Shown here: one piece after another, positions 24,001-34,803 of the stretch
Layout: each line of letters begins with the position of its first letter
Position numbering within the stretch: position 1 is the first letter of the stretch
From: Mizuhopecten yessoensis
Taxonomy: Eukaryota
Assembly: GCF_002113885.1 (NCBI RefSeq)
Contig: NW_018405386.1
Coordinates: 902,921-966,920, forward strand
Direction of reading: 5' to 3'
DNA: 64,000 bases
Made by a program: the position numbers and the translations under genes
The notes under the pieces: model-generated
What the model was told of the DNA's origin: nothing
Databases searched by the model: none
The model's input: only the letters and a program-made list of their open reading frames with translations

Positions 24001-27000
24001 TCATAAATGGTATATCATATGTGGATAATTAGTGTTATATCATATCTGGAGAATTAAAGTTGTATTTATCATACCTGGATAATAAATGTTATATCATATC
24101 TGGATAATTAATGTTGTATTTATCATACCTGGATAATAAATGTTATACCACACTAGGATCTAGTGTAATATTATAGATATCACTTTATCTATTTTACATC
24201 AATTATTAAAGAAGTTATATCAACTTATATTAATCACTTTTTTTCGGCTTGGATGTTAGTACGCTGAGGGTCTTAATGTGGGCGGAAACCGGAGTACCCG
24301 GAGAAAATCCATGTGGGCAGGCAGGTGACCCCATACCTTTTCACGTCGATTTGGAGAATCAAACCCTGATTGTCTTGGTAAAAGGCAGGTGCCCTACCCA
24401 TTGTGCCAGAAGTGTAATATTACACCTGGATAATAGATGTTATGCCATACCTGGATAATCAAGTGTAATGCCACACCTGGATAATCAAGTGTAATACCAC
24501 ATCTGGATAATCAAGTGTAATACCACATCTGGATAATCAAGTGTAATACCACATCTGGATAATCAAGTGTAATACCACATCTGGATAATCAAGTGTAATG
24601 CTATACCTGGATAATCAAGTGTAATACCACATATGGATAATCGAGTGTATTACCACATCTGGATAATCAAGTGTAATACCACATCTGGATAATCAAGTGT
24701 AATACCACATATGGATAATGGAGTGTATTACCACATCTGGATAATCAAGTGTAATACCACATCTGGATAATCAAGTGTATTACCACATCTGGATAATCAA
24801 GTGTAATACCACATCTGGATAATCAAGTGTAATACCACATCTGGATAGTAAATAATACTGAACAGTTAAGAGTAATACCACACCTGGATTAGGAATGTCA
24901 CATCATACCTGGATAGCTATTTTTAGAGCCTTTACTCTCTGGTCGTTGTCCCAGGCTGATACTAGGGCCTGATTCAGCTCATCAATGCGGTTCACATAAT
25001 CCTGCTGACTAAGGTTCAACATCTCTTGAACAGATCCCTAAAACAATTTATTGAAAATGATCAAAATATCACCTTTAAGAAGATAATTCTTTTGATTGAC
25101 ATTACCATTGCGTGTAAAAATAATAATTAAAAAATGGGTAATAAACTAGAAAAGCACAAATCCACAAAGAAAGGGTAGAGACCACAATTTTGGACAATCT
25201 AAATGTTTTTAGAACAGAATCTTTATCAAATATTTTATTAACATTTTAGTAAAAAGATAAAATCAGATCAGATTTCCTTTTAAAGAGTGTTATTTACATC
25301 TAAATCAATAACTGATAAAATAGCTCCATGTGAAAGAAACATAATCTCCTCTTCAAATCCAGGATTTTCAAATTCGTTATTTGTCACTACAGGAAGTATA
25401 AAACAGGATGAAAGTGATAAACAAAATGAAGATCATAAACCAACCTCTTCAAAATCATCTAGCTGTTCGAGTCTGTTTCTCACTTTATCTGTCACAGTGG
25501 TGGCCGTCACTGCTTTGATGACCACTGTAACAAGAGCCACATGATTAAAATTAGAAACTACACACCATAGACAAACACAAAAAAATAAATTTGAGAATTG
25601 CTAGACGATGTTATAATATCGGATTGCATCTAACTGATCCTATTTTTTTTAATTCTATGGAAGGAAAAGGACGATTGCCCCCTCTTGAGCCCTAGATTGG
25701 CTGTGTCCTATTACAGGTTTGACAAAGTCAAATTTTAGGTCAGGACTAGCCTTGTACATGTTATTGATGTGTCCAGCTGCAAGATAATATCAGGTAAGTC
25801 TTGTTCCCAAGAAATTTATGCCTTGAATTCTCCAGTGTATATCAAAGAACTTGTGCTACCATTTGTTCGACCAGCACTTCTCAGGTCACAGTCTGGAGCC
25901 TCACCATCCTCGATACTCCATGGAGCCTCACCATCCTCGATACTCCATGGAGCCTCACCATCCTCTATACTCCAGGGATTACACTCACTTTCGCTCTGTG
26001 CACACCTGGAATATGTCTTAGCTATATCGAAGGCACGCGCCTAGCTATTTGATTGGTCTCAGGTAAAATAACCCGACCAATCGCTAGGCTGATACATGTA
26101 CTGTCCATTGAAGATTACAGAGGAGCGACACCCGGCTTATAGCCAGTCAAATTTACTGTTATGTGACCGGCATATTCTTTTGATGTATATCAAAGGATCA
26201 AACTAGTCTCCTCTGCACACTGAGCCTTTGATTTTGCTACGACTTATTCCAGGGGTGCAAAGAGCGAAACTGAGTATAATCCTTGGCGTATCGTGCCTTA
26301 CCGACTCTTCAGAAAACATGCACCATCCAATATTTCAACAAAACTGCAATAGAATTATAGAACAGCCTCTCAACCTTCCTTTGGAAATGGGGATTATTAG
26401 CTATTTTAAGAAAAGTTCTGAATAAACAATCTCTTTAATACTGATTTTAAGCTTGATATTCCTGTGTCTCATTGATGTGTCATTGTGTACTCATTTGCTG
26501 CACATTTTTGTCATACTTTTATCTAAACAAACATTGTCTTTTCAGTTCTTCTATGCTGTAAAGCGGTTCTCTTGAAATTTTTCTACAAACAGGGCACATC
26601 AGTAATTTTGCATATTATGTTCATACCTCTTTCCTTGTCTGATGCAGACAGAAAGCTGGTGGTAATGGAAAGTTTCTCAGAGGTACTGTACTTGGTAAGG
26701 ATGCTGGCTTTCTTGGCATTCCATGGCTCAAAAGTCTCATCCAGGTCATCACTTGGATTGCCTGTTTTAGTCTGCTACAATGAAACATATTCAAGATCTT
26801 TTTTAATGACATAAGTGACATGTGCTAAAAATAATTATACACACGCTTGCCAACTGTTTGAAATTTCTATGGGGGAGATTATGCCTGGTCAGAATTAAAA
26901 GCACAAATAAAATGTGTGTATGAACATCATGGGGAAAAAGTACACTTTTAAATGGCATCTGTTGAGTTGTTCTTCCAGGTGAAATCGTCAGATCTTAGAA

Positions 27001-30000
27001 AATAGAAATAGTTAAGCAAATTCACTGGTTGAAAATGCTCAATTTTTGGGTCCAAGATTGGGAGTCTCCCTCCAAAATAGGGAAAGTTGGCATGTATGTA
27101 TACTATTATTACCAAAATCAAACTTCAGTTCAACAAGGCAGAGTGTTGCAAGGCAATCCATAGTCCCCTACCAGTAATGATTTCTATATTTAACAAACAG
27201 TACACCTATGTCAGGAAGCATACACCAAAGTGATGATTGCACTCTGTTATCCCATAATGTCCTTGTACACCAAATCTGGTTACTCCAGATGAAATAGTAC
27301 AGAAGATATGCCCCGGACAAACTTTTTCAAAAGTTAAGTTCAAAGGTCAAGTCGAAGGTCACAGTGACCTAATTCTTGCACTTTGTACTCCGCCATCCCA
27401 AGATGTCCTTGTACACCAAATCTGGTTACTCCAGGTGAAATAGTATAGAAGATATGTTCCGGACAAACTCTTGGAAGGAAGGACGGACAGAGGGCAAACC
27501 CCAAGAACTGGTGGGGGTACTATAGAATATTCATACAATTATGAATTAGAAAACCAACTCTACTTTGGAAATATTTCTGTTTATAGATCAGAACCAATAA
27601 ATATAGACAGTCACTCCATATGCATGTCAGTGTGACAATCAACCTGTACAGGGGCCATTCTTTAATAGTCAAGGTCATGTTTAGGTAACCATTTTGTTTC
27701 CTTTAAAATAACCAGTTTATAATTACACTGTATTTATTATTTCTTGGAATACAGTAAAACCTTGATATAGTGCCCTTCGTTTCATTTGCCACCTTGTTTT
27801 CCGCCATGTATATTTCAATGTCCCTGTTTCTCGTTTTCTTAAGAATTCCTTTATACATTTCCCTCAATTTATTGCCAAAACCCCTTATAATGCCAAAATT
27901 ATGGACAAATGTTGGCAGTTTAACAAGATTTTACTGTATATTAATGAGTGTCACAGTACCTTGGCACACATGAATACCAAGATCAACTTTGAATGTAAAA
28001 ATATACGATTACATTTACAACAGTGTGTCACATTTCAAATTAATGTTTCAGAATCAGTAAAAAAGATACTGTAATTTTTTTGTTTACAGTACCTTCATTC
28101 GAAGAGTCTGATATGAAGTAATATGTCAAATATCTTTTATAATACAAAGTAATTAAATAGCTGGATGATTGATTTTTTAAAGTTAAACAAAAAAAAAACA
28201 CGCATTGATAACACAAAATTTATATCAAATTATGATTTAATTAAAATGCGTTGAAAAGTATACTGTATCAGACCATATAGTCATTTATAAAAACAATCAT
28301 CTTTTCTCATACTGCAACACTTCAATGTTATTTCACTTACAAGACGATTACAGAAAACTTGATGCAGGAGACTATCTATATTGACCAAAAATTGTACATA
28401 TAATATCTTATATTATTTTAAGACCTGTTCGAAAACTGTAAACATGATCACGGCAATTATAAAAAGACTTTCTCAAGGAGTACCTTCAGACTGGAGCTGC
28501 GGGTCTTTGATGCAGTCTGTGTCTGGACTTCAGCAGCAAACATGGACAGTGGGTCGGAACCTTCCAGTGCTGAGCTCAAGGGGTCCAACAGTTCAGTCTT
28601 TACAGCTTTGCTGGCCCCGGCTCCCTTCATTGGGGTCCCACGCTTTTCTGTACTTTTTACTTCCACCACCTGAAAAAATGTATTAATCCACCACTAGTTC
28701 AAATCAATCTGATTTTATATGCTAACAAAACCTTACTTAGGCAAGCATCTTTCCCATTGTTGATGTGTTGGGTTCTTATAAGGATAGAAGCTGTGATCAG
28801 CACAGAGAACAGCAGACATATGAGTCACACTGACATAGCTGCATTTCCAAAATGAGGTTATAACAGTGAAGATAATTTTAGGAATGATTGTTAACAGAAC
28901 TAGGTGGGGGTAACGGAACATAATCATCAACACACATTGGGTCTTAAGTAAAATGCATTAGTTTTCTATCAATTTACCTTAAAAGACATTATACTCAATG
29001 TTTGTTTTTTGTATCATTGCCCATAAATCAGTGAAATTCATTGATGAAAATTGATACATACACTGATTGTTTTCAATGGATGGCTTGTAGCCTCCTCCAG
29101 TGGTAGGTTTTCCTTTCTTGCTTCTAGAAGGTAGTCTCTTTTTCTTGGGGTCCTGGAAGGGAAACCATTAGATACATTACAACATTCCATTTCAGGCGTA
29201 CAGTTGAAAATTATTGGTGGCAATGTGGTTAAACAGTTCAATATGTTATTTGTATAGGTACATTTTGTCATTGTCATCCTGAAATGACCATATAGCTGTT
29301 GATAGGACGTTAAACAATACTAAATCAAATCAATGTAGTTGAATGACACATAATGCATGTTTTTTAACAATGCCACGCACTAGAAAAAATGGAAAATAAG
29401 AAATTTGAGTAAACTTATTTTTTCTGTTATTTTCCCCGAAAAAAATCCCTATTTCATTGGAATGCTTAGATTTTCATAAAATTGCCTCCACATTGTGAAA
29501 GTTTCAACTAGTTCTGCTGGTTAATTGGGAAAGGGTTGAGCCTCCTTAAGGTAAGAAATTAAATGTTGGCTTACTTTATTATTTCTTGCAGCCACAACTA
29601 ATTAAATGCAAATAAATAACTACTCTTTATAAAATGAAAATAAATATACAACATTGGATACAGCACCCTATCTAGCTAGAATAAGCCACTCTCAATACAA
29701 TTAACATATACATTTAATAATTAAATAATACATTAATCAATACAATTTATAAATATATAGCAGTGATGCCAATCAAACACATATCACAAGAACTATATCA
29801 ATACACTGTATCACTGGGTGGAATAACATTTTGCCTCAATATCACATTACAATTATGCTGTAACAGTTTGAATTGGGTACAATTAAACCATCATGTGAAA
29901 TTAAGGCATTTGAGTAACAGTTACTGTGTTTATTTTATTAAATATATGGGACAAAATGTGATGTCATTCTTCAAGATAGTTAATAAATATAACAATTAGA

Positions 30001-31018
30001 CACATTTGTGCACAAAGGTTAATCAATTTTGATGCCTGACTTTTTGTCAAAACGACAAACTGCTACATATACACTGTCTGTATGACGGGTGTGCATGCGC
30101 AATGAGCATGACATTTTGTATGTTTTCTTTTTATAGCTCAAATTGTGAATTCCTTTGTTTCCAACATAATGCACACCAATGTAGTGAAGGTGATACAATA
30201 TTTTAATTGTACAAAAAAAGAGATATCAAATCAAAGTAATCAAATTTTGAGCACCAATATGCTTTAATTATTGTATTACATGTAATTTGGGTTATGTTAA
30301 AAGAATGACACTGGCTTTCTTGTTCCTATAATGCGTACAAGAACTTCAACTGTTTTTAATTCACTTTATTTCCATGTCAGTGACAAAGTTGTTACTATAA
30401 ACAGTAACTGTTACCGGAACGAAGGATCATTTCTAACAAGAGGGGTTATGCATGCCCAGTCTCTTAATAAATCTATTAAATACAAAAATAGAATAATAAA
30501 ATAAACTTTGCATATGAACTATTCATGGCAAGCATAAGACTTTTTGAGAGTTAAAAACTGTGTTATTTGTGTTCATCCACTCTGTTAAAGTGGTTTATTT
30601 CCGTCTTTAAATGTATTATAACATATTTTTGTTTTGTCTTTTTTTTATAGAGACGAACCCCTGTGGCCAGTTCCAACGTGACGATAAGAAATGTTTCAGA
30701 AAATATAGAAAGATCAACATAAGGCGCCATTTAAGATGGACATAATCCTCAAGTTACAGATATGTTACTGTTTAGTATTCCCTGTTCTCCCAAACTTTCC
30801 CCTATCAGAGATTTGGTAAAATTATTTTTGGCCAGTAACAGAACGATTAATTTATCCTATATCTAATTTCAGCTTCATACAATATGTAGGCCTATTTAAC
30901 AATTTTGAATTATTGCGTATAACGTATCAGCAAGAATTAGAATCACAGCAGTCATTATGCATTTTATGACAATATCTTCGATTCTAGAAATCATAACAAA
31001 CCATTCGTAGGTCGCCAT
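9007..31018 (-). CDS. VPS35L: VPS35 endosomal protein-sorting factor-like (C16orf62; Retriever/Commander subunit), about 26 coding exons
   Basis: The GT-AG exon chain gives a continuous frame. ATG 31018 MATYEW (31002-31018); [17 protein letters not shown] (~29062-29153); ..[19 protein letters not shown] (~28483-28669); ..[28 protein letters not shown] (~26627-26774); [13 protein letters not shown] (~25445-25525); [43 protein letters not shown] (24909-25037); [29 protein letters not shown] (~23402-23486); [29 protein letters not shown] (~22678-22822). Further exons lie near 23011, 22303, 21705, 20104, 19503, 18988, 18471, 17896, 17285, 15844, 15424, 14276-14353, 12399, 11761, 11255, 10432 and 9511. 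The last exon is 9007-9105 (..KRLPLDSRA*). The motifs match what I recall of C16orf62/VPS35L. Confidence 0.95.
9895..10265. repeat. Old degenerate short-period repeat (ATGACAATGACCTT-like)
   Basis: Recurrent ATGACA/TGACCT motifs roughly every 20 nt. Confidence 0.6.
10959..11222. repeat. 62-bp minisatellite, about 4.3 copies (VPS35L intron)
   Basis: Unit ACAGGAATATCTCTGGACTTCGTGCCAGGACCCCAGAAGAGACTGATCTGTATAGAAGTGAT. Confidence 0.95.
12786..13064. mobile_element. MITE with ~50 bp TIRs (ATCCTC..CAGGGGTTATGCTCACTTTCGCTC), copy 1
   Basis: Long inverted ends. Homologous copies at ~25959-26295 and ~55185-55541. Confidence 0.75.
13278..14293. repeat. 69/70-bp minisatellite, about 14.5 copies, overlapping a VPS35L exon end
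   Basis: Unit GTCTACCATGACTGTTAACACACACTGTAATACCAGGAGAGTGAGCTATCTTACCCGTACAAAGTTCCCG, with two sequence variants. Confidence 0.97.
14462..15215 (+). mobile_element. Helentron/HINE-like non-autonomous element (internal ~155 bp repeats, GAA microsatellite)
   Basis: 5' AACTAG, subterminal TATGTCTCCCC repeated near the 3' end, tandem cores containing GACCTTTGACCTTGAGGTGAAGGTCACAGTGACC, and a (GAA)n tract. A near-identical partial copy lies at 50455-50906. Confidence 0.6.
16164..16556. mobile_element. PIF/Harbinger-like MITE nested in an older element
   Basis: TIR GGCTACATTCGCGTATCCCGGTTGAAACGGT / ACCGTTTCAACCGGATACGCGAATGTACCC with CTA/TAA (TWA-like) flanks. Confidence 0.7.
16922..17120. repeat. 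32-bp minisatellite, about 6 copies
   Basis: Unit AACTCAGAACAAGGTAAATCAACAAGTAATTT. Confidence 0.9.
20722..20905. mobile_element. MITE with ~35 bp TIRs
   Basis: GTATTCATGAAACCGTTCTCACGCTCAAGCATGGA ... TCCATGCTTGAGCATGAGAACGGTTACATGAATAC. Confidence 0.7.
21052..21142. mobile_element. ~85 bp TTAA MITE (family copy 1)
   Basis: TTAA flanks and TIR (C/T)TCATTCAYCCCTG. Near-identical copies at ~36848-36938 and ~48199-48280. Confidence 0.75.
24243..24410 (-). mobile_element. tRNA-derived SINE with V-type central domain
   Basis: GTGGGCGGAAACCGGAGTACCCGGAGAAAATCCA is the reverse complement of the V-SINE core TGGGTTTTCTCCGGGTACTCCGGTTTCCTCCCAC. Degenerate A/B boxes lie at the right end, and a second decayed copy is at ~46045-46205. 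Confidence 0.65.
24420..24915. repeat. 26-bp minisatellite (about 16 near-identical copies; diverged copies back to ~24010)
   Basis: Unit ATACCACATCTGGATAATCAAGTGTA. Confidence 0.95.
25959..26295. mobile_element. Same MITE family, copy 2 (opposite orientation)
   Basis: TIR ATCCTCTATACTCCAGGGATTACACTCACTTTCGCTC ... GAGCGAAACTGAGTATAATCCTTGG. The internal sequence is shared with the other copies. Confidence 0.7.
27131..27525 (+). mobile_element. HINE-like element (related family, GGAC microsatellite)
   Basis: 5' AACAAG, subterminal ATAGTCCCC, duplicated core (GTCCTTGTACACCAAATCTGGTTACTCCAG x2), GGAA/GGAC repeats, 3' GGGGGTACTAT. Confidence 0.55.
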
Positions 31019-31245
31019 TTTGAACAAGTAAGTCACATGACTTTTCTGGGACCGCCTCCTTTACTTGTAGTTTCGTATAAATAAACATGTTGAAAGGAAT
31101 AAAACAAAATGAAAAATTCAATGTTTGTTAATAAAAACAACGTTATTTTTTATTTTTATATTGAAACCTTTTGCTTTGATTTTCATTTATTACTGTCTGA
31201 TACGAAAATAAGATAACTTTGTCCTCGTAGTTCGTTTTACTAACG
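31019..31245. promoter_or_regulatory. Compact bidirectional promoter region, VPS35L / MED9
   Basis: The divergent ATGs are 227 nt apart. A YY1-like AAAATGGCGAC overlaps the VPS35L ATG, and a near-palindromic AAGTCACATGACTT E-box lies at 31030-31043. Confidence 0.7.
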
Positions 31246-34200
31246 ATGGCTGAACAAGCGGCAGAAAATGAATTGAGTTTCTTGGCTTTAGTCTGTGACG
31301 TTCTGAAAAGGTAATTATGATAAGAAATAGATATGATTAGACCTTCCTATCTTTATTGAAGATTGTTGTCTAACATATCTGCATATTTAAGGCGCTTTAT
31401 AGTTGTTTCAGGACCAAATCGATGACAGACGACTTACAACGTAACGGGCATATGATTGAGAAAAATGACATTGATTTTAAGGTGATGGTCGTCTGTAAAT
31501 GTTAAAACATTGTTCGATTGAGCGCAAGTCTGTAAGTTTAATAAATACTGCTGGCTGTACGCAGAGACATTTTACGAGTTCTGCGGATTATATTCTCAAA
31601 GGACTTTCTTGTAGGTATGAAGCCCGCGTAGCTCAGTCGGTAGAGCATCAGACTTTTAATCTGAGGGTCTAGGGTTCGAGTCCCTACGTGGGCGAAATAT
31701 TTTTTTCTTTTTTCCCCTCACTCCATTATAATAAAGAAATTCTTGCTTTCTTTATTTATAGGAAATAAAAATTTATGTTATGTTTATTTTTTCTTTGTTC
31801 GAAAATTATTAACATAAGAAACAGTTATGCATAGAATATGACATTGATCATTTGCAGGTCACAACAGCAGACATGTTAAAAATAATGATAAAAGTGAACA
31901 AGTATTTTTAATTTTTTGTGAACAAGGCAATTAGGTTATTCTTTCCTTTCATTATTTTTTCAAACAATCACTTTCCATTTCTGAGAAAAAATGGCCACAA
32001 TAATGCAGGTGTTCTTTTTGCACATTCACTTAAACATCCGACACTGTATTAATGTTGACTGAAATAACATCATTGAATGTAAAAAAAATAGAGGGTTCAG
32101 TATACATATATGTTTATGTATAATTCAACACAGCAAAAAGAGAGATCATCAGATGTGCAATGTTTTAGTGATAACTATGGCAATTAAGTCAAGCTCACTG
32201 AATTCATGTTGTCGAAAGAATGACCAAAAACGCCTGCACATTGCAGTGACATTGGCATAAAAGTATGGATGTAGAAACAGTACAATACTAGGTAATTATT
32301 TTGTTAACAGAATGATGAAAAACTTATATGGTCACAAATTGTCTTTTTTTTTCATGTTAGCTTCTTGTAGACTTGTAGAATTATAGAAAATCTGTAAATC
32401 TCATAAAAAAAACCATACATGAGTTATCATTAATTTTAAAAGGAACATTTGTACATTGTTAATGACAAAATCAATGCAGGCTATGATAAAATTTATACAT
32501 TTTGACTTGACACAAGTTTTGTGATAATAATTCCAAGTTTTCACAAACTAATAAACAATGCTGCAGTGCACATGGTCTCCAAGCTATGATCAAATATATC
32601 GTAAACATTTTGATAAAACACATTGACAATCACAAAATGATTCCAATTTGTAACTTGTACAGACCAAAAACTAAAAAAAACCACTGGTCAGCAGGCTTAC
32701 ATAAAACACATTTTGACCGGACACAAGTGGCAAGTGCTATTACACAATGACTGCTGGTTTGTTACAGACTCAAAAAAATAATTCCGACTGGTCTGCTGAC
32801 TATGATAAAATACATGTATACAGCCTACACAGGGCCCCCGGTTTATCAGACAGGGCACTTTTTGTGTCCGTTTAAAGGACACATTCCCAACTGAAAAGGT
32901 GTAAGATTTTTTCCCAATTGCCCCTTTGAAATTCCCAATTGGGAACCAAAAAAGTAATTGCATTAATATAGATCAATTCCTCACAGTTGATTGAGTTACA
33001 AGTCGGAAGGACAAAATCATTATGTTGTCTAAACCGTCTCATTTCCCCCCAAAAAATGATATTTTAATTGGACACTAATTATAATTTGGGGGTTTAATAT
33101 CTTTAAAATGTATATCATTTATATTCAAGAATATATATGTTGTAATGTTTTTGGTATACAATCCTCCAAGGACTTACCTGATATATTAAAGATTTTTTTC
33201 TGTAATTGACCTTATACGCACCCTGGCACTAAACAATATGAAAAATGAGAATGACTGCTGAACCTTCACCGGTTCTTGTAAAAGGTCACAGTAGACATCT
33301 TTTCAAGTACAGTACCAAGTCTAATAAATAGGGGCCCATATAAGGTGCTTATTAGTTCAAATACAGTAATAGAAAAATATACACATTACAACAATGTCAC
33401 TTGTATCTAGATCATAAAATGAAATAAACATAAAGATAACAAACTAATTTGATCGTTGAAACTCATTGAAACAATATCAACTATGTGCAATATCACGATC
33501 AGAGTCCATAGAGAATCCCAAACGAGTGATGGTTGGTCATCATGTTTATATAACTTGATTTTGAGTTAGTTAATTTTCAAATTGTATAAAGATACAAGAT
33601 TAACCAAGTGTCTTTTACAATTTGAAAATTAAGTTATGAGAGTTAAATAAACGTGATAATCAACCATCACAAGTTTGGGAACTATTTTTCTCCCACAACG
33701 TTCAGATCTTATATCTAGAAAGCTATGTATATGTTTCGCTTGGGAAAACATACTTCCTGTTTTCAATAGGGGAAACAATTTGGATTTTTGTACTATGACG
33801 TCACAATGGAAGATGACATCGCAAAGTATTGTCACTGGACGTCATTATTAGAAGATTGACCCATTAAATCAGGTCTAGGGTGTTACAGACTAGTCCAAAA
33901 TGAGTATCAACACCTAGCAGGTTTATCCAATGAGTTGGTAGGAAACCTTTAGTGGTTGTGGGAGAAAAAATTGTTCTCAATTATCTGGCTCAATCTTTAC
34001 CAGATATATACTAGAGTGTATAATTTGATAGCCTGATTGTCTCCCCTAGATAATAAAGCTATCAAGAATTATGCAAGTCTAGTGGAAGAGCTGGAGGCCA
34101 TAAAATGCCAACTGGACAAAGGAACACTTCTTTGAATTTCTTCTTGACCAGTTTGCTTTAATATTTCCTATGGATGCCAACTGAAAGCAGTAAAGTGCTC

Positions 34201-34546
34201 ATTATATTAACTGTTACACAAAATAGTTGTTTGATACGATGGAGACAGAGAGCAGCATAATTGTCTCGTAGAATTGTTTATATTTATTCATTATTGAAAT
34301 CACTTGTAAAACTTTTTTTCTTTTCTCTTCAGTATTGAAAAAGAATCGCACGATGTGACTCAGAAGATGACAGATTTGAAGAGTCAACTACAGCGAGCAA
34401 GAGATTGCGTGGAGAAAATGCCAGGAATCCAGTACAGCAAGACAGAGCAGCTTAAACAGATCGACGTACTTCGTAACCAAATGGCCGTCAAAACCGAGTT
34501 ACTGCAGAAGTACAAACACATGCAGACATTTGATCTGTCTCAGTAA
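31246..34546 (+). CDS. MED9: Mediator of RNA polymerase II transcription subunit 9 (2 exons: 31246-31310, 34333-34546; 92 aa)
   Basis: MAEQAAENELSFLALVCDVLK(AG|gtaatt ... ttctcttcag|T)S-IEKESHDVTQKMTDLKSQLQRARDCVEKMPGIQYSKTEQLKQIDVLRNQMAVKTELLQKYKHM..*. The MPGI...EQ...L..Q...K.ELLQKYK pattern is the Med9 signature, and the exon phases are compatible. Confidence 0.92.
31622..31694 (+). tRNA. tRNA-Lys (anticodon TTT), intronic in MED9
   Basis: 73 nt: GCCCGCGTAGCTCAGTCGGTAGAGCATCAGACTTTTAATCTGAGGGTCTAGGGTTCGAGTCCCTACGTGGGCG. Acceptor stem GCCCGCG/CGTGGGC, anticodon arm TCAGA-CTTTTAA-TCTGA, T stem TAGGG/CCCTA, A and B boxes intact. A T-run terminator follows at ~31700. Confidence 0.97.
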
Positions 34547-34803
34547 CAGATTCTACAGATCATCAGGGAGTGCATACAGGAAAGACTGCATCATATATCG
34601 GTGTTCATCGATACTGCATCACTTATATACTTTGTAACTCAACATTATTTTTTATATCTAGTTGAAACTTGTGGTTCAATTGAAAACATATTATTTTCAT
34701 AAGTGAACTATTTTGAGATATTATTGTGTATATTTTTGTTAATTAGAATACTTACAGTATTTTATCTTTACTTGCTCTTGTGGGGGAAAAAAAATACATC
34801 CAA

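Noticed and set aside
24420-24915. CRISPR-like appearance of short direct repeats (also at 13278-14293 and 16922-17120)
   Set aside because: The units are head-to-tail with no unique spacers, there are no cas genes, and the context is a eukaryotic intron.
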